Shown: one piece after another, positions 48,486 through 64,000 of the stretch | How the letters are laid out: each line of letters begins with the position of its first letter | How positions within the stretch are numbered: position 1 is the stretch's first letter | Origin: Octopus vulgaris | Taxonomy: Eukaryota | Direction: 5' to 3' | Assembly: GCA_951406725.2 (NCBI GenBank) | Contig: OX597841.1 | Coordinates: 9,176,001 to 9,240,000, forward strand | Length of the DNA stretch: 64,000 nt | Made by a program: the position numbers and the translations under genes | Notes under the pieces: model-generated | Told to the model about the DNA's origin: nothing | The model's input: only the letters and a program-made list of their open reading frames with translations | The model's database searches: none

Positions 48486-51400
48486 TATGTATATATTGTG
48501 TGTGTACTTGTTGTCTTGACATCGCCTAATAGTTGTAAGCAGGCATCACCTTGTACAAGCAGTCTCTTTCATTCCCATTCTTCTGTGAAAAAATGTCCAG
48601 CCATGGGGGAATGTTAGCTTACTCGGAAAGAAGTGAGGGTGGATGACAGGAAGGCTGTAGAAAATTTGCCTCAAGGAATTTTGTCTGTGGAAAAGTGAAC
48701 ATGAAAATGAAGGATAGGTGGTGGTTTTGGTGATGATGATGATGATGACAAATCATGACGACCATGACAAACAAAGATCCAGCATGGCCACAGCTAGTTA
48801 GAAAGAAAAAGAAAATGTAAAAGACAGACAATTGATATGTTGGGTTTGTTGAGAAGACCGAGTAGAAGATGTGAGGCAGAGATGAAATGTATGGAAAGAA
48901 CAATTGAATAGAATAGACAAATCAAAGACAACAACTATAACAAGAAACATATTCTCACTGTTTTGCTCATCCTCTTCCACATCATAGGACATGGAGGAAA
49001 GTGCAGTGTGTTCTAGTTGTTTAGCCCCAGGTCAAACCATGATGGTCTAGCAGACTCATGATGAAAGGCATTCCAGCTGGGATCATCCCAGCATTTTGCT
49101 TTCTTTCTTTCTTTTTTTTTTATTCCCCAGACATATTGTATTTAAGACTACATTATCCAATGTGTCCCTTTCTTATCTTGTGATTGTAGAGTGTGACTTG
49201 AAGGAATTTAGGCTGCTATGCTTCTAAAGAGAAAGAGAAGAGAGTAGAAGTGTTTTCTTTGAAGACAAAATATAAAGATATAAAGATGCATATACTGAGT
49301 TTGAGTTCGTGTAATACTCTCTCTCTCTCTCTCTCTCTCTCATTCACTCTCACCCTTTATCTCACACAATGCACATTTATCCTCTTCCTTCCATGTCATT
49401 TTATATCTTTCTCAATAGAAACCTTTTTTTTTCTGTGTGTATGTAGAGGTTTTTTTTATCCAAAATAATGTTCTTGCCTGTAATTCTCTTTCACTGTCAC
49501 TACTCCCTTCTTTCAATTACTCTCTCTCTCTCTCTCTCACACACACACAGGTATGTGTTCAGGTGTGTTTTCCATTATGCTCTTGTACCTTGTTTCACCC
49601 TTCAAACTCCCTTCATGCACTCAGCCTGGTTCTCTTTCTCTCTCTCTGCTATTCATCTTATCAGGGGGAAGCGGTTGCCTTAGGGTACTGGAGACACCAT
49701 AAGTTCACGTAAACTTTATCGGCTTTTAGGGTCAAAGCAACCTCATTAATGCTGGCATCATAGTAAAAGGCACCCAGTGCACTGTTGTAAGATGGTTGGC
49801 AAATAAGCAAAGTCTGATTGACAATCAGAATAAGGATATTGGAGACAAGGCTGCTGTCTGATGCATAAAAGTATTTTAGTTTCTTAACCCTTGAAATCCT
49901 ACCCTGCAAATATCTGCAACTGTCACAAAATCCTGAACTGCACAAAGCCACAATTCAAGCAATGCCGTCGTTTAGGATTGAAAACTGTAACTAAGCACTC
50001 TTTTGCACAGGAAACAATGTTTAGCTTCACTTTAGAAAGAATTTCCTGTTTAACATGTGTTTACATTCTGTATTTTATTGAACAAATTTCTCCAGATTTT
50101 TCTTTGATTTGGGGGCTTAATGGTATTAAGAATTCAAAGTGTTGGGTTACAATTCTGTGATGTTATTTATTAAATATATAATTTGCAAAAGGGAGTTTGA
50201 ACTTGGATAAAATAATTAGAGTGATATTTCAGTGTTGTCTTTATACTCCAGTGATCTAAATGATATTGCAATTTTATCAGTTGTGAGCAGAAGTTAAGTT
50301 ATTTATTACATTGTTTGGGTTTTTTTGCATCAATGCTTTCATTGGTGAGTGATAAAGATGTTTTTTTAAAGGCCCATTACTTTAGTGATATATTTTGAAT
50401 GTAGATCTCTCCTTACTGGTAGGTTTATGAACCGTGTAATAAGAGTAAATAGCATTAATTTGTTGAGCCATACAAAACATTGAATGGAGGAGATAAAAGA
50501 TTAAGATATCTCTTGGAGTCTTTTTCTTTTGAGAGTTGTGCAGGTTCAAAGGTTTCAGAGACAAACTGGAAAAAGAATTCAGCTCTGAAACAGGAAATTA
50601 ATTCCAATGGAATCAATATTTTGTGTACATATGTTGAAACGCTTCAGTATAATCAATTTAATTGTATTCAACTTACTTTGGCAGGTGAAAGTGGCATGAC
50701 AATAGGTAAAAACTACAGCAGTGTACACCAACAATCATTATATTCTATTTCTATTTCTTTGCTACCCACAAGGGGCTAAACACAGAGAGGACAAACAAGG
50801 AAGACGGATTAAGTCGATTATATTGACCCCCAAGTGCGTAACTGGTACTTATTTAATCGACCCTGAAAGGATGAAAGGCAAAGTCGACCTCGGCTGAATT
50901 TGAACTCAGAACGTAACGGCAGACGAAATACGGCTACGCATTTCGCCCGGCGTGCTAACGATTCTGCCAGCTAGCAAATTTCATTGAAATTCATAAAGAT
51001 TGTTAACAGTATGAACAACAAAATAAATTATTTCTGGTAGACAAATCTACAGTGTGTATTCATGTATGTGAGGACATTTTGGTTGACCTGTCAGTTAGGG
51101 TGTAAGTGTGTGTGCCAACTTTAAGCAAGCAGTGTTTTGCTCATAGCAGTCTCTTGACTAGGGGTAAACCAAAGAGGATACGGTTACTGTTCTTTCCATG
51201 TTGTGACAGTGGTAACAGTACTTGTGTTATCTTAGTCAATGTGCACTCTCAAATGCTTGGCACCAACTGACTAAATGACTTATTCTTCTTTATATAATTG
51301 TCATAAGACAATTGGTTGTGTGATAAGAAGCTTGCTTTTCGACCACGTGGCTCTGGGTTCGTTCTCATTGCATGGTACTTTTAGCAAGCGTCTTCTATAA

Positions 51401-51499
51401 CTCCAGTCAATCAAGGCCTTGTAAATGACTTTGGTAGATAGAAACTGGAAGAAACATGTCGTGTATGTGTGTGTGTGTGTTCTTTCTTTTTTTTTTTCT

Positions 51500-51703
51500 T
51501 TTACTTGTTTCAGTCATTTGACTGTGGCCATGCTGGAGCACCGCCTTTAATCGAGCAAATCGACCCCGAGACTTATTCTTTGTAAGCCCTATACTTATTC
51601 TAGCGGTCTCTTTTTGCCGAAATGCTAAGTGACGGGGACATAAACACACCAGCATTGGTTGTCAAGCAATGTTAGGGGGACAAACACAGACACACAAACA
51701 CAT

Positions 51704-51768
<65 letters not shown>

Positions 51769-51934
51769 TATGACAGGCTTCTTTCAGTTTCCATCTACCA
51801 AATCCACTTACAAGGCATTGGTCGGCTCGGGGCTATAGCAGAAGACACTTGCCCAAGATACCACGCAGTGGGACTGAACCCGGAACCATGTGGTTGGTAA
51901 GCAAACTACTTACCACACAGCCACTCCTGCGCCT
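51500..51934 (-). mobile_element. Family A SINE nested in an older plus-strand family A copy (51310-52165)
   Basis: Full-length minus copy flanked by the 5' and 3' halves of a diverged plus copy. Confidence 0.8.
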
Positions 51935-52674
51935 ATGCATATATATCTATTTGTGTTGTATTTGTCCCCATCCACCACTTGACAACTGGTGTTAGTTCAT
52001 TTACATCACTGTAACCTAGCAGCTCAGCAAAAAGAAACTAGTAGAATAAATATCAGACCCGAAAAAAAAAGCTAAGTATTGGGATCAATTTGTTTGACTA
52101 AATCCTTGAAAACAGTGTTCCAGCATGGCCAGAGTCTAATGACTGAAACAAGCAAAAGATAAGAAAGAGGAAGCATAAACAGAAGCTTGAATAAAGTTTT
52201 GTGTTACAAGGCTAGAAAACCAAATAGCAACAAAAGTACTGACAAATGTATGAAGGGTTCTGGTTGGTAAAGCACAAGTTCAGGTTATGAATCCAGCTTA
52301 GACTTTATGTTACACTGAGCTCTGCGCATATTTAAGGAATCTATTATCTTACATACATGTTTTTGTTTTACATGGCACCGGCACAGGAGCCATGTAATAG
52401 CTCCCATGCTGGTGCCACATAAAAAGCATCCAGCACACACTGTTAAGTGGTTGGTGTTAGGAAGCACTTCCAGCCATAAAAACCAAGCTAAATCAGACTG
52501 GAATCTGGTAGAGTTCTTCGGCTTGCCAGTCTGGAAAATGGACATGAAAGGATGATGACGATGATGTTCAACCACAGATTTATTGAAGCAAAAAAATGGG
52601 ATGGTAGGACTTCTTGTGACTACTCAATAATTATTTTATTTATTATTTATTTTCCTTTTTATTTTTATTTCCAG

Positions 52675-55685
<3,011 letters not shown>

Positions 55686-56039
55686 ATGTTTAATTTAATG
55701 TCATTTATAAAATTACAAACTTTCCTCTCTCTTTTTTTATGTTTTTGTATTTTTTAAAATTTGTTTTTCACTTCCTCAGCAATATTTACTCTTAAATTAT
55801 ATTTATAATTTTTACTGTCAAATGTTGTGTCTGAGTTCTTTCATTTCTTCCCTGTCAGGATTTTTAAAGTTTATTTAATCTTCTGCTTTGGATTTCTTTT
55901 CCTTTCTTTTTTTCTAAATTACCTCCTGTTTTTTGTTGGTTCTTTTTTTTTTAAACACTTTTATTTATTTTTCCCCCTCATCTGATTTATACTCCATTAC
56001 AGTTTCTGTTTTCATTCAGCCTGTGACTGTTTGATTGCA

Positions 56040-57324
56040 GTGGACACATAAGAGGTGCAGCAATGCCAAAGGAAGGCTAACTAGGAAAAGAGTTTTTGTC
56101 TGTGGCAGATGCTCAGGAGCAATAAACACTGAAAATGTGCAGAGATCAACTTCTTCCACGTTCCAGGGAGAAAATCTAGAAGTAGTTGATAGCTTCCTGC
56201 TACCTAGGTGACCAAGTCAGTGGGTGTGCTGAAAGTGTAACTGCTAGAGTAAGAATAGCCTGGGCAAAGTTTAGAGAGCTCTTACCCCTGCTGGTGATCA
56301 AAAGGCCTCTCGCTCAGAGTAAAAGGCAGACTGTATGATGCATGTGTACGTACAGCCATGCTACATGGTAGTGAAACATGGGCTGTGACTGCTGAGGATA
56401 TGCGTAAGCTCGCAAGAAATGAAGCCAGTATGCTCCGATGGATGTGTAATGTCAGTGTTCATAATCGACAGAGTGTAAGTACCTTGAGAGAAAAGTTGGA
56501 CCTAAGAAGCATCAGTTGTGGTGTGCAAGAGAGACGTCTGCGCTGGTATGGTCATGTGACGAGAATGGCTGAAGATAGTTGTGTGCAAAAGTGCCACACC
56601 CTAGCAGTTGAGGGAATCTGTGGAAGAGGTAGACCCAGGAAAACCTGGGACGAGGTGGTGAAGCACGACCTCCGAACTTTAGGTCTCACCAAGGAAATGA
56701 CTAGAGACCGAGACCTATGGAAGTATGCTGTGCGTGAGAAGACCCGGCAAGACTAGCGAGACCATAACCTGTGGTCTCTACCTGATATGTAGCCAGTCGA
56801 CTTGTACATACCTTTCCTTCTTGGGACACAGAACTCCACTTGTGAAGACCCGTTGAGACAAGTGAAAATCAAAATCAAAATCAAAATCAAAATCAAACCA
56901 AATCAAATCAGATATCAGAAAGCAGAACCAAAATCGAAGTCGATCAACATTAATGAAAACTGCAGCTGTGATACCAGTGCCGGTGACAAGTAAGTGAACC
57001 ATCCGATCGTGGCCGTTGCCAGCGGCGCCACGACTGGCCTCGTGCCGGTGACACGTAAAGAGCACCATCCGTTCGTGGTCGTTGCCAGCCTCGCCTAGCC
57101 CCCGTGAAAAACACCATCTGTCCGTGGCCGTTTGCCAGCTCCGTCTGGCACCTGTGCGGGTGGCACGTAAAAAGCACCTACTACACTCACGGAGTGGTTG
57201 GCGTTTGGAAGGGCATCCAGCCGTAGAAACACTGCCAGATCAGACTGGGCCTGATGCAGCCTTCTGGCTTCACAGACCCCAGTTGAACCGTCCAACCCAT
57301 GCTAGCATGGAAAGCGGACGCTAA

Positions 57325-57378
<54 letters not shown>
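56040..57378 (+). mobile_element. 5'-truncated RTE LINE copy
   Basis: Matches 32456 onward. The 132-aa ORF is nearly identical to the RTE C-terminus, and the copy ends in a (GAT)n tail. Confidence 0.92.
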
Positions 57379-57379
<1 letters not shown>

Positions 57380-57559
57380 GGATGTGTCATCAAAATTCAT
57401 CATTCGTAAAACAAATGAAAGCGAAAAAAAAAAAAAATTTTTTTTTTTTTAATAAACTTTGAAGACTGCAAAATGTCAAATGTTTTAACAATGACAAATG
57501 TCACGTCAAAATCATCAATATTTTGACTGCCAAGTGTTTCACTCCTATTCATTTCATCT

Positions 57560-57607
<48 letters not shown>

Positions 57608-58172
57608 TTGCTCTTTCTTGCACTCAGACACCTCATCTCATAATCAGCATTTCAGCTCCCTATAAGATAATTATTTAATACCACTTAATAAAGATGTTTC
57701 TGAAATGAATAACAATATACTACTACAACTGCTGCTGCTTCTACTACTACTACTACTACTACATTTACAATTTCTACTTCTACCTTAACTACTACAATAA
57801 ATGATGTTGGGTGATGATAATAATAATAATAATAATGATAATAATAATAATCCTTTCTACTAAAGGCACAAGGCCTGAAATTTGGGGGAGTGAGATAGTC
57901 GATTACATCGACCCCAGTGTTTCACTGGTACTTAATTTATCAACCCCAAAAGGATGAAAGGCAGTCGATCCTGGCAGAATTCAAACTCAGAATGTAAAGA
58001 TGGGCGAAATACCACAAAGCATTTTGGATAATAATAATAATTATTATAATTATAATAATTCTTTCTAATTCAGGTACAAGGCCTGAAATTTTGGGTAAGA
58101 GGGCTAGTTGATTATGTCAACCCTAATGCTCAAATGGTACTTATTTCATTGACTTATTTCAATGATCCTTAA

Positions 58173-58382
58173 CCCTTTCGTTACTGTATTTATTTTGAGA
58201 TGCTCTGTGTTTCTTTCAATTACTTTAAATATAACAAAGAATTTAGTAAAATAACTTAGTTATCATTCAGCTAGTGTTAGGAACATAAATTGTGACTAAG
58301 GTTTGGTGGAAGATTTTGATTCAGAACTGATGAAAACAAGACATTTGTAGTGAGAGCCAGGGCCAGGTTGGTAACGAAAGGG
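58173..58382. mobile_element. piggyBac-type MITE inserted in a family B SINE
   Basis: TTAA|ccctttcgttac ... gtaacgaaaggg|TTAA. Confidence 0.88.
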
Positions 58383-58546
58383 TTAAAGGATGAAAGTCAA
58401 GGTCAGCCTCAACAGCATTTCAACTCAGAACTTAAAACTGCAAGAAATGCTTCTCGGCATTCCATCCGATTCTGCCAGCTTGCTGCCTTCAGAATAATAA
58501 TGATAATAATAATGATGATGATGATGATGATAATGACAGTGATTTT

Positions 58547-58585
<39 letters not shown>

Positions 58586-61090
58586 AATTTACGGAGTGGT
58601 GGTGTGTAATTAAATGAACTCTAGTAATTGGTTTGTATTTACTTATATTATTGAGTTTTTGAAGAATGAAAGACAAGTTGTATCAGCACTATGAATTCTA
58701 CCACTCCCCCATCCTACTACTACTATTACTACTAATGATAATTATAATTAAAATAATGTTTTCTTTATTAACTAATAAAGGTTGATAAAAACATTGGGGA
58801 CATTACAAGATGTCACACAGTAAGGGATTGCATAAAAGCATGTAAAAAGTAAAATAACAGAAACAAGGAAATTCAAACAAGGTATAATTCTCCAAAAGAA
58901 GAGACTTCTAAGAGTTACTTATGGAAATATCATAAAACCATAGTTACCCTGACCATTAAGACAAGTGCCCTCTCACGTTGGCCTCTTCCAATCAGTAGGT
59001 GCATGCTTAGGACAGCTCCCTCAGTCAGACCCTACTTACTACTCACATCCACCTTTCACCAAATTTACTGGGAGGCAGTACTTCCCGTTTTTACACTCAT
59101 TTTCCCTTTGAAGTGAAACTCGATAAAGTTGATGAAAGTGTCTGTCTTTCAACCTCATCCACCACACAACTTCTTTTACCAAAGTCCCCTGACAAATAAA
59201 GATTGCCTGTCCTTCCCAAGAAAGGAAAGTGGTGGGATGAATTTCACAACAGACACAGCTGATAGATGGATCCCCCCACACATTACAGTAGGTTTTCGAC
59301 ATAACTCCACAAGTCAGCAATGCCTAGGCACGGGACGAGTATGTACAGGAAGGTTTCATTGCTCTGCACATATCTCAAACTGGTTTAGCTGATGGTGCTT
59401 CTTGACCTGCAGAGTTTATCTCAAACTGGTAATAACCCCTGGTAGCAAAGCAAGGCCAGGGATTTCTAGTAATTATCAATGAGTCCAGGCCTGAAAATCC
59501 TTTGAAATTTCCAGCCAGTTAATTTTCGTTGATACCCAGACTCTCTCACCCCCAAGAACATCATTGCTTTTGTGCCACTAATCCTCTGTAGAATGCCAAC
59601 ATAGAACTGCCACCAGCTGGTAAAGGCCTGTGTGTACTTTGTGACATTCCAGATGCTAAGCACCTTCTCTCAGCCTTTGCTTGACACAGCTCTGCATCTG
59701 TGTCAAAGAGAAGAGCTGTGTAAAAATACATTTGACAAACAGCAACCATACCTGTTCACCATCAGGGAATTGCTGTGGATGTCACAACCTCAGCACATGT
59801 CTATATCATCAACTACACCATGCCCAATCTTCCCTCAGCAGATGTTTACAGGAGGCATGTGGCTTAGTTAGGGTGTTGCACTCATGATCATAAGATTGCG
59901 GTTTCAGTTCCTGGTCCAGGCAATGCATTTTGTTATTGAGCAGAACACTTCATTTCACATTGCTCCAGTTCACTTGGCTGGCAAAAATGAGGAATTTATG
60001 TGCCATAGAAACCAGAAAATCAGCCCTTATGAGTCAGTATGACTCAAGAAGGTAACCAGCCAACCAAGGTGTTTACAGAAAATAGAGCATTTGGTCAATG
60101 GAATGTGTGAATCTTCCTCAAAAAGAGGAAGTACAGATTCTCTTACTGTCTAGTATTTAGTCTGGCACTCCTCTGTTTGCTGATACTACTACAACTACAA
60201 CTAATAATAATAATTATAATAATGATTTCAAATATTGGCTCAAAGCCAGCAATTCTGGGGGAGAATAACTTGATTACATCAACCCCAAAAGGATGAATGA
60301 CAAAGTCAACCTTTGTGGGATTTGAACTCAGAACATCAAGACGGATGAAATGCTGCTAAGCATTTTGCCTGGAATGCTATTGATTCTGCTGCTTTTATAA
60401 CAATAATAATAATAACAATAACAACAACTCCTGGAAGGAGTAAAGGTGAAGATGGCCCCAGTTGAATTTGAGGCATTCATAAGATAAAGTGAATTAACTT
60501 AATACTGAAATATCAATTAATTTCACCAGTAGGAAGTGTGGGAGGACATAAAATGGCAATAGATCTATATACAAACAAAAGGAGGTAGTTTACAGTGATT
60601 GAATACAAAATAATTTACATACACCAGCTAGATATAGCAGCCAATTGTCTCACGGTATATCTTACCAATTTAAAAATATGAACAGACACATTGAATAATA
60701 TAGTTCTAAATATAGTAAGGTTGGAAAGTCTTTGATCATGGGTCTATTATGCTACAATTATTGAAATGGAAAAGAGGACTCCCTTAAAGAAAGCTACAAG
60801 GAACAATCAAAAAGCTTGAAATTTCTATCCTTTTCAACTATAAACAAATTAGCATGTCCCTACTGCATCTATAGGCAAAACAAAGACCAAACCCCACCAT
60901 TTTTCAATGAAATTTCCCCTAGCCTAGAGCACCAGTAATCTCATCTTTGCCTATCTTTCTGATACTTGTTCATTGCCCCTTCACTCATCTCCATTTTACC
61001 AGATCTTTCGTTCATGTTTACCCTGTCAACCCTTTCAGCATGGCCATTAAACAGACTCAAAAAAGTCTTCCTAATCATACATATTATAAT

Positions 61091-61510
61091 AGGCGCAGGA
61101 GTGGCTGTGTGGTAAGTAGCTTGCTAACCAACCACATGGTTCCGGTTTCAGTCCCACTGCGTGGCATCTTGGCCAAGTGTCTTCTGCTATAGCCCCGGGC
61201 CGACCAATGCCTTGTGAGTGGATTTGGTAGACGGAAACTGAAAGAAGCCTGTCGTATATATGTATATATATATAAGTGTGTGTGTGTGTGTGTGTTTGTG
61301 TGTCTGTGTTTGTCCCCCCTAGCATTGCTTGACAACCGATGCTGGTGTGTTTACGTCTCCGTCACTTAGCGGTTCGGCAAAAGAGACTGATAGAATAAGT
61401 ACTGGGCTTACAAAGAATAAGTCTTGGGGTCGATTTGCTTGACTAAAGGCGGTGCTCCAGCATGGCTGCAGTCAAATGACTGAAACAAGTAAAAGAGTAA
61501 AAGAGTAAAG
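61091..61510 (+). mobile_element. tRNA-derived SINE, family A
   Basis: Full-length copy with an (aagagta)n tail. Confidence 0.88.
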
Positions 61511-61785
61511 AGTATATAAATACAAACGCATACATGAATGTATATATAGTCACCTATATATATATATATAGACACACCTATGTAAAACACTAATTTTAGA
61601 TTGAAAAAGACCAACAAGCTAATGGGGGTGATTGGTGATTGAACCCTTTATCTTTCACTTGCCATGTATGTATTATTTATCATACATATAAAAACATTTA
61701 CTGACAAGGAGCGTTATACTAATACATCTGTTTGTTTTCTACACCACCTGTCTTCATCTTTTGTTTTTTTTTCGTGAAGTCTCCC

Positions 61786-61836
<51 letters not shown>

Positions 61837-62505
61837 ATATATATGTATATATAATATTATCAATTTACATCAGTTTTCATCAGCTGACACAGGTAGGTTA
61901 GTTTGACAGGTTTCAACAGGTTGGAGAATCACACCTTGCCTTGATATCTCACTTTTGGCATGGTTTCTACAATTTGATGCCATTCCTAGACTTGTACCAA
62001 CCAGTTTACATAGTGTACTGAGTGCATTTTTCTTTCAAGTAGCACCAGCGTTATAGATGTTGCCTTGTCATCAGCAACCCTCTCAAGCCTAGATAATCAC
62101 TTAAAGTATGTTGGGTGCTTTATGTGGCACCAGCATTTCGGGGATTCGCTTGCTGCTTGAAAAGCAACAGAGAGTCCCCATGATGGATGGAAGGAAGGAG
62201 GATTTATTGTGGGAGGATGAGAATGATGGAAACGGGAGAGAGGAAGACAAAGTAGTCATGGTAACAGGGTCAGTCTGCCTCCCTTGCCAACATTGGTTAG
62301 ACGGTACATCTGGGTGCTATATATATATATATAAATGTATGTATATATAAATATGTATATGTGTGTGTGCGTGCGTGTATGTATATATATATGTGTATAT
62401 ATGTATATGTGTGTGTGTGCATATATATTAGACGGTACATCTGGTTGCTATATATATATATAAATGTATGTATATATATATATATGTATATATGTGTGTG
62501 TATGT

Positions 62506-62539
<34 letters not shown>

Positions 62540-63512
62540 ATGTATATATATATATGTGTATATATGTATATGTGTGTGTGCATATATATTAGATGGTACA
62601 ACTGGTTGCTATATATATATATATAAATGTATGTATATGTGTGAGTGTATATATATATATGTATGTATATATATATCTGTGTATATATGTATGTGTGTGT
62701 GTATATATATGTTTATGTGTGTGTATATATATATATATTATATATTATATATATATATATGTATATATATATAAAAAATTATATATGTATCTATCTCTCT
62801 ATATATAAACACACATTCAGTTATTTATTAAAACAGCTAATGATTTTCACTCTGTTGCTCGATCTAGCTTTCTACCCTGTGTAGTCATTCAAAGAATGTC
62901 AACTCAACATTGGACACGGGGAGGGGAGACATCTGAAGAGCAACAGAGGCAATCATCAGGTGTTTCTCAATAGATATAAACACTATATGTATTGAGGTAC
63001 TCTTTCTTTCGTTTTGTGTGTGTGTGTGGTGGCAAGGTGGCTAAGTGGCTGAAATGTTGAACTACAAACCCATGTCGTGAGTTCAAATTTGCTACAGTAT
63101 TATCCTCTGGCTATAAGAAACTATTCTATATTGTATCGTTACTTCTAATTGCCAGGAGATCATTTATCATTCATGCTTCATGCCATATTTATGTACACTT
63201 CAAGGTTTTGTTGTTGGTGGTGGTTTTTTGGGGTTTTTTTGTATTGTAGTGTTTTGTATTAATGTTGATCATAGAAATACAGGGAAACATTAATATTGAT
63301 GTTCTTGTTGTAGTTGTTATTATTAAGGTTGCAAGGGGCTAGAATCATTACCATGCTGGATAAAATGCCCAGCAGCATTTCTTTTGGCTTCATGTTCTTA
63401 GTTTGAATGCTGCTAAGGTCAACTTCGCCCTTCATCCTTTCAGGGTCAATAAAATAATAACCAGTTGAGCACTGGGGGTCGATCTCATTAAATTTCAGCC
63501 CTTGGGAAATTG

Positions 63513-64000
63513 GATCTTTTCCTTTTGAACGGCAACATAATTTCTAGGTAACTAAAAAAGTTTTAAACTTCGTATACTGGTAGAATGTGTTTATAAAACA
63601 TCATTTTCTCTTGGCTTTATTGAGAAAATTCTATAGGTTGTAACATATTTCGTCTAAAATTTCTTGCATTTCGGCAATTTTAACCAATCAATTACCTCCA
63701 TTGACATGATTAACATTCTGTGCATAATGAATATGTCCCTCGTTTAAGAAACAGATTGGGTTTATTTACATTTGTGAAGAAAAAAAGATACCCTTCCCCA
63801 ACCCCTAACCCTAACCCTAAATCTAAAATAGATTGAAATGCAATAGATCAATACCAGGGCCATACATATGAGTGACATTTTCACTTGACACCGCTAGAAA
63901 AAAATCCCATTTTCCGTAGCGGTGTCATATGAAATTGTCACCCATAATAATAACCCTAGTATCGATCTATTGCATTTCAATCTATTTTAGATTTAGGGTT
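63513..64000. mobile_element. Second copy of the 35406-35810 MITE family, fused to an inverted copy
   Basis: Starts ggatcttttccttttgaacggca and is collinear with 35406-35785. Sequence 63917-64000 is the reverse complement of ~63812-63897. Confidence 0.8.

Noticed and set aside
58760-59850. Possible degenerate LINE remnant on the minus strand
   Set aside because: The composition is suggestive, but I could not read a diagnostic motif, so it is not called.
61091-61165. tRNA genes at SINE heads
   Set aside because: They have A/B boxes but no complete cloverleaf, and they continue into SINE bodies.

Overview
This is AT-rich eukaryotic DNA saturated with microsatellites, almost certainly from a cephalopod and probably Octopus. 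That assignment is an inference from the tRNA-derived SINE families and the RTE LINE. Nearly all short ORFs in the track are microsatellite or repeat artefacts. The real content is as follows. (1) An intact, apparently young Penelope-like retroelement (PLE; 708-aa RT plus C-terminal GIY-YIG, with DKT and CxCx5C motifs typical of the Hydra clade) lies in a partial head-to-tail tandem inserted in (TA)n. Each copy carries an atypical type I hammerhead ribozyme (HHR). (2) At least four other unrelated short, non-coding, (TA)n-anchored elements also carry HHR folds, some with variant cores, so the microsatellites appear to be shared landing pads for several ribozyme-bearing retroelement families. 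(3) A frameshifted RTE LINE has a PHD-type finger inserted inside its RT and a modular structured 3' UTR, and many fragments of it are scattered through the window. (4) A ~40-copy 93-bp satellite has a monomer homologous to an internal segment of a dispersed element 10 kb upstream. (5) There are Tc1, mariner, hAT and CR1/L2 fossils, two non-autonomous Helitrons, several MITEs and three SINE families. (6) A ~3-kb Ser-rich exon-like region with an in-frame poly-His run is broken by one stop and about four frameshifts. There are two N gaps, and no intact host gene could be identified.
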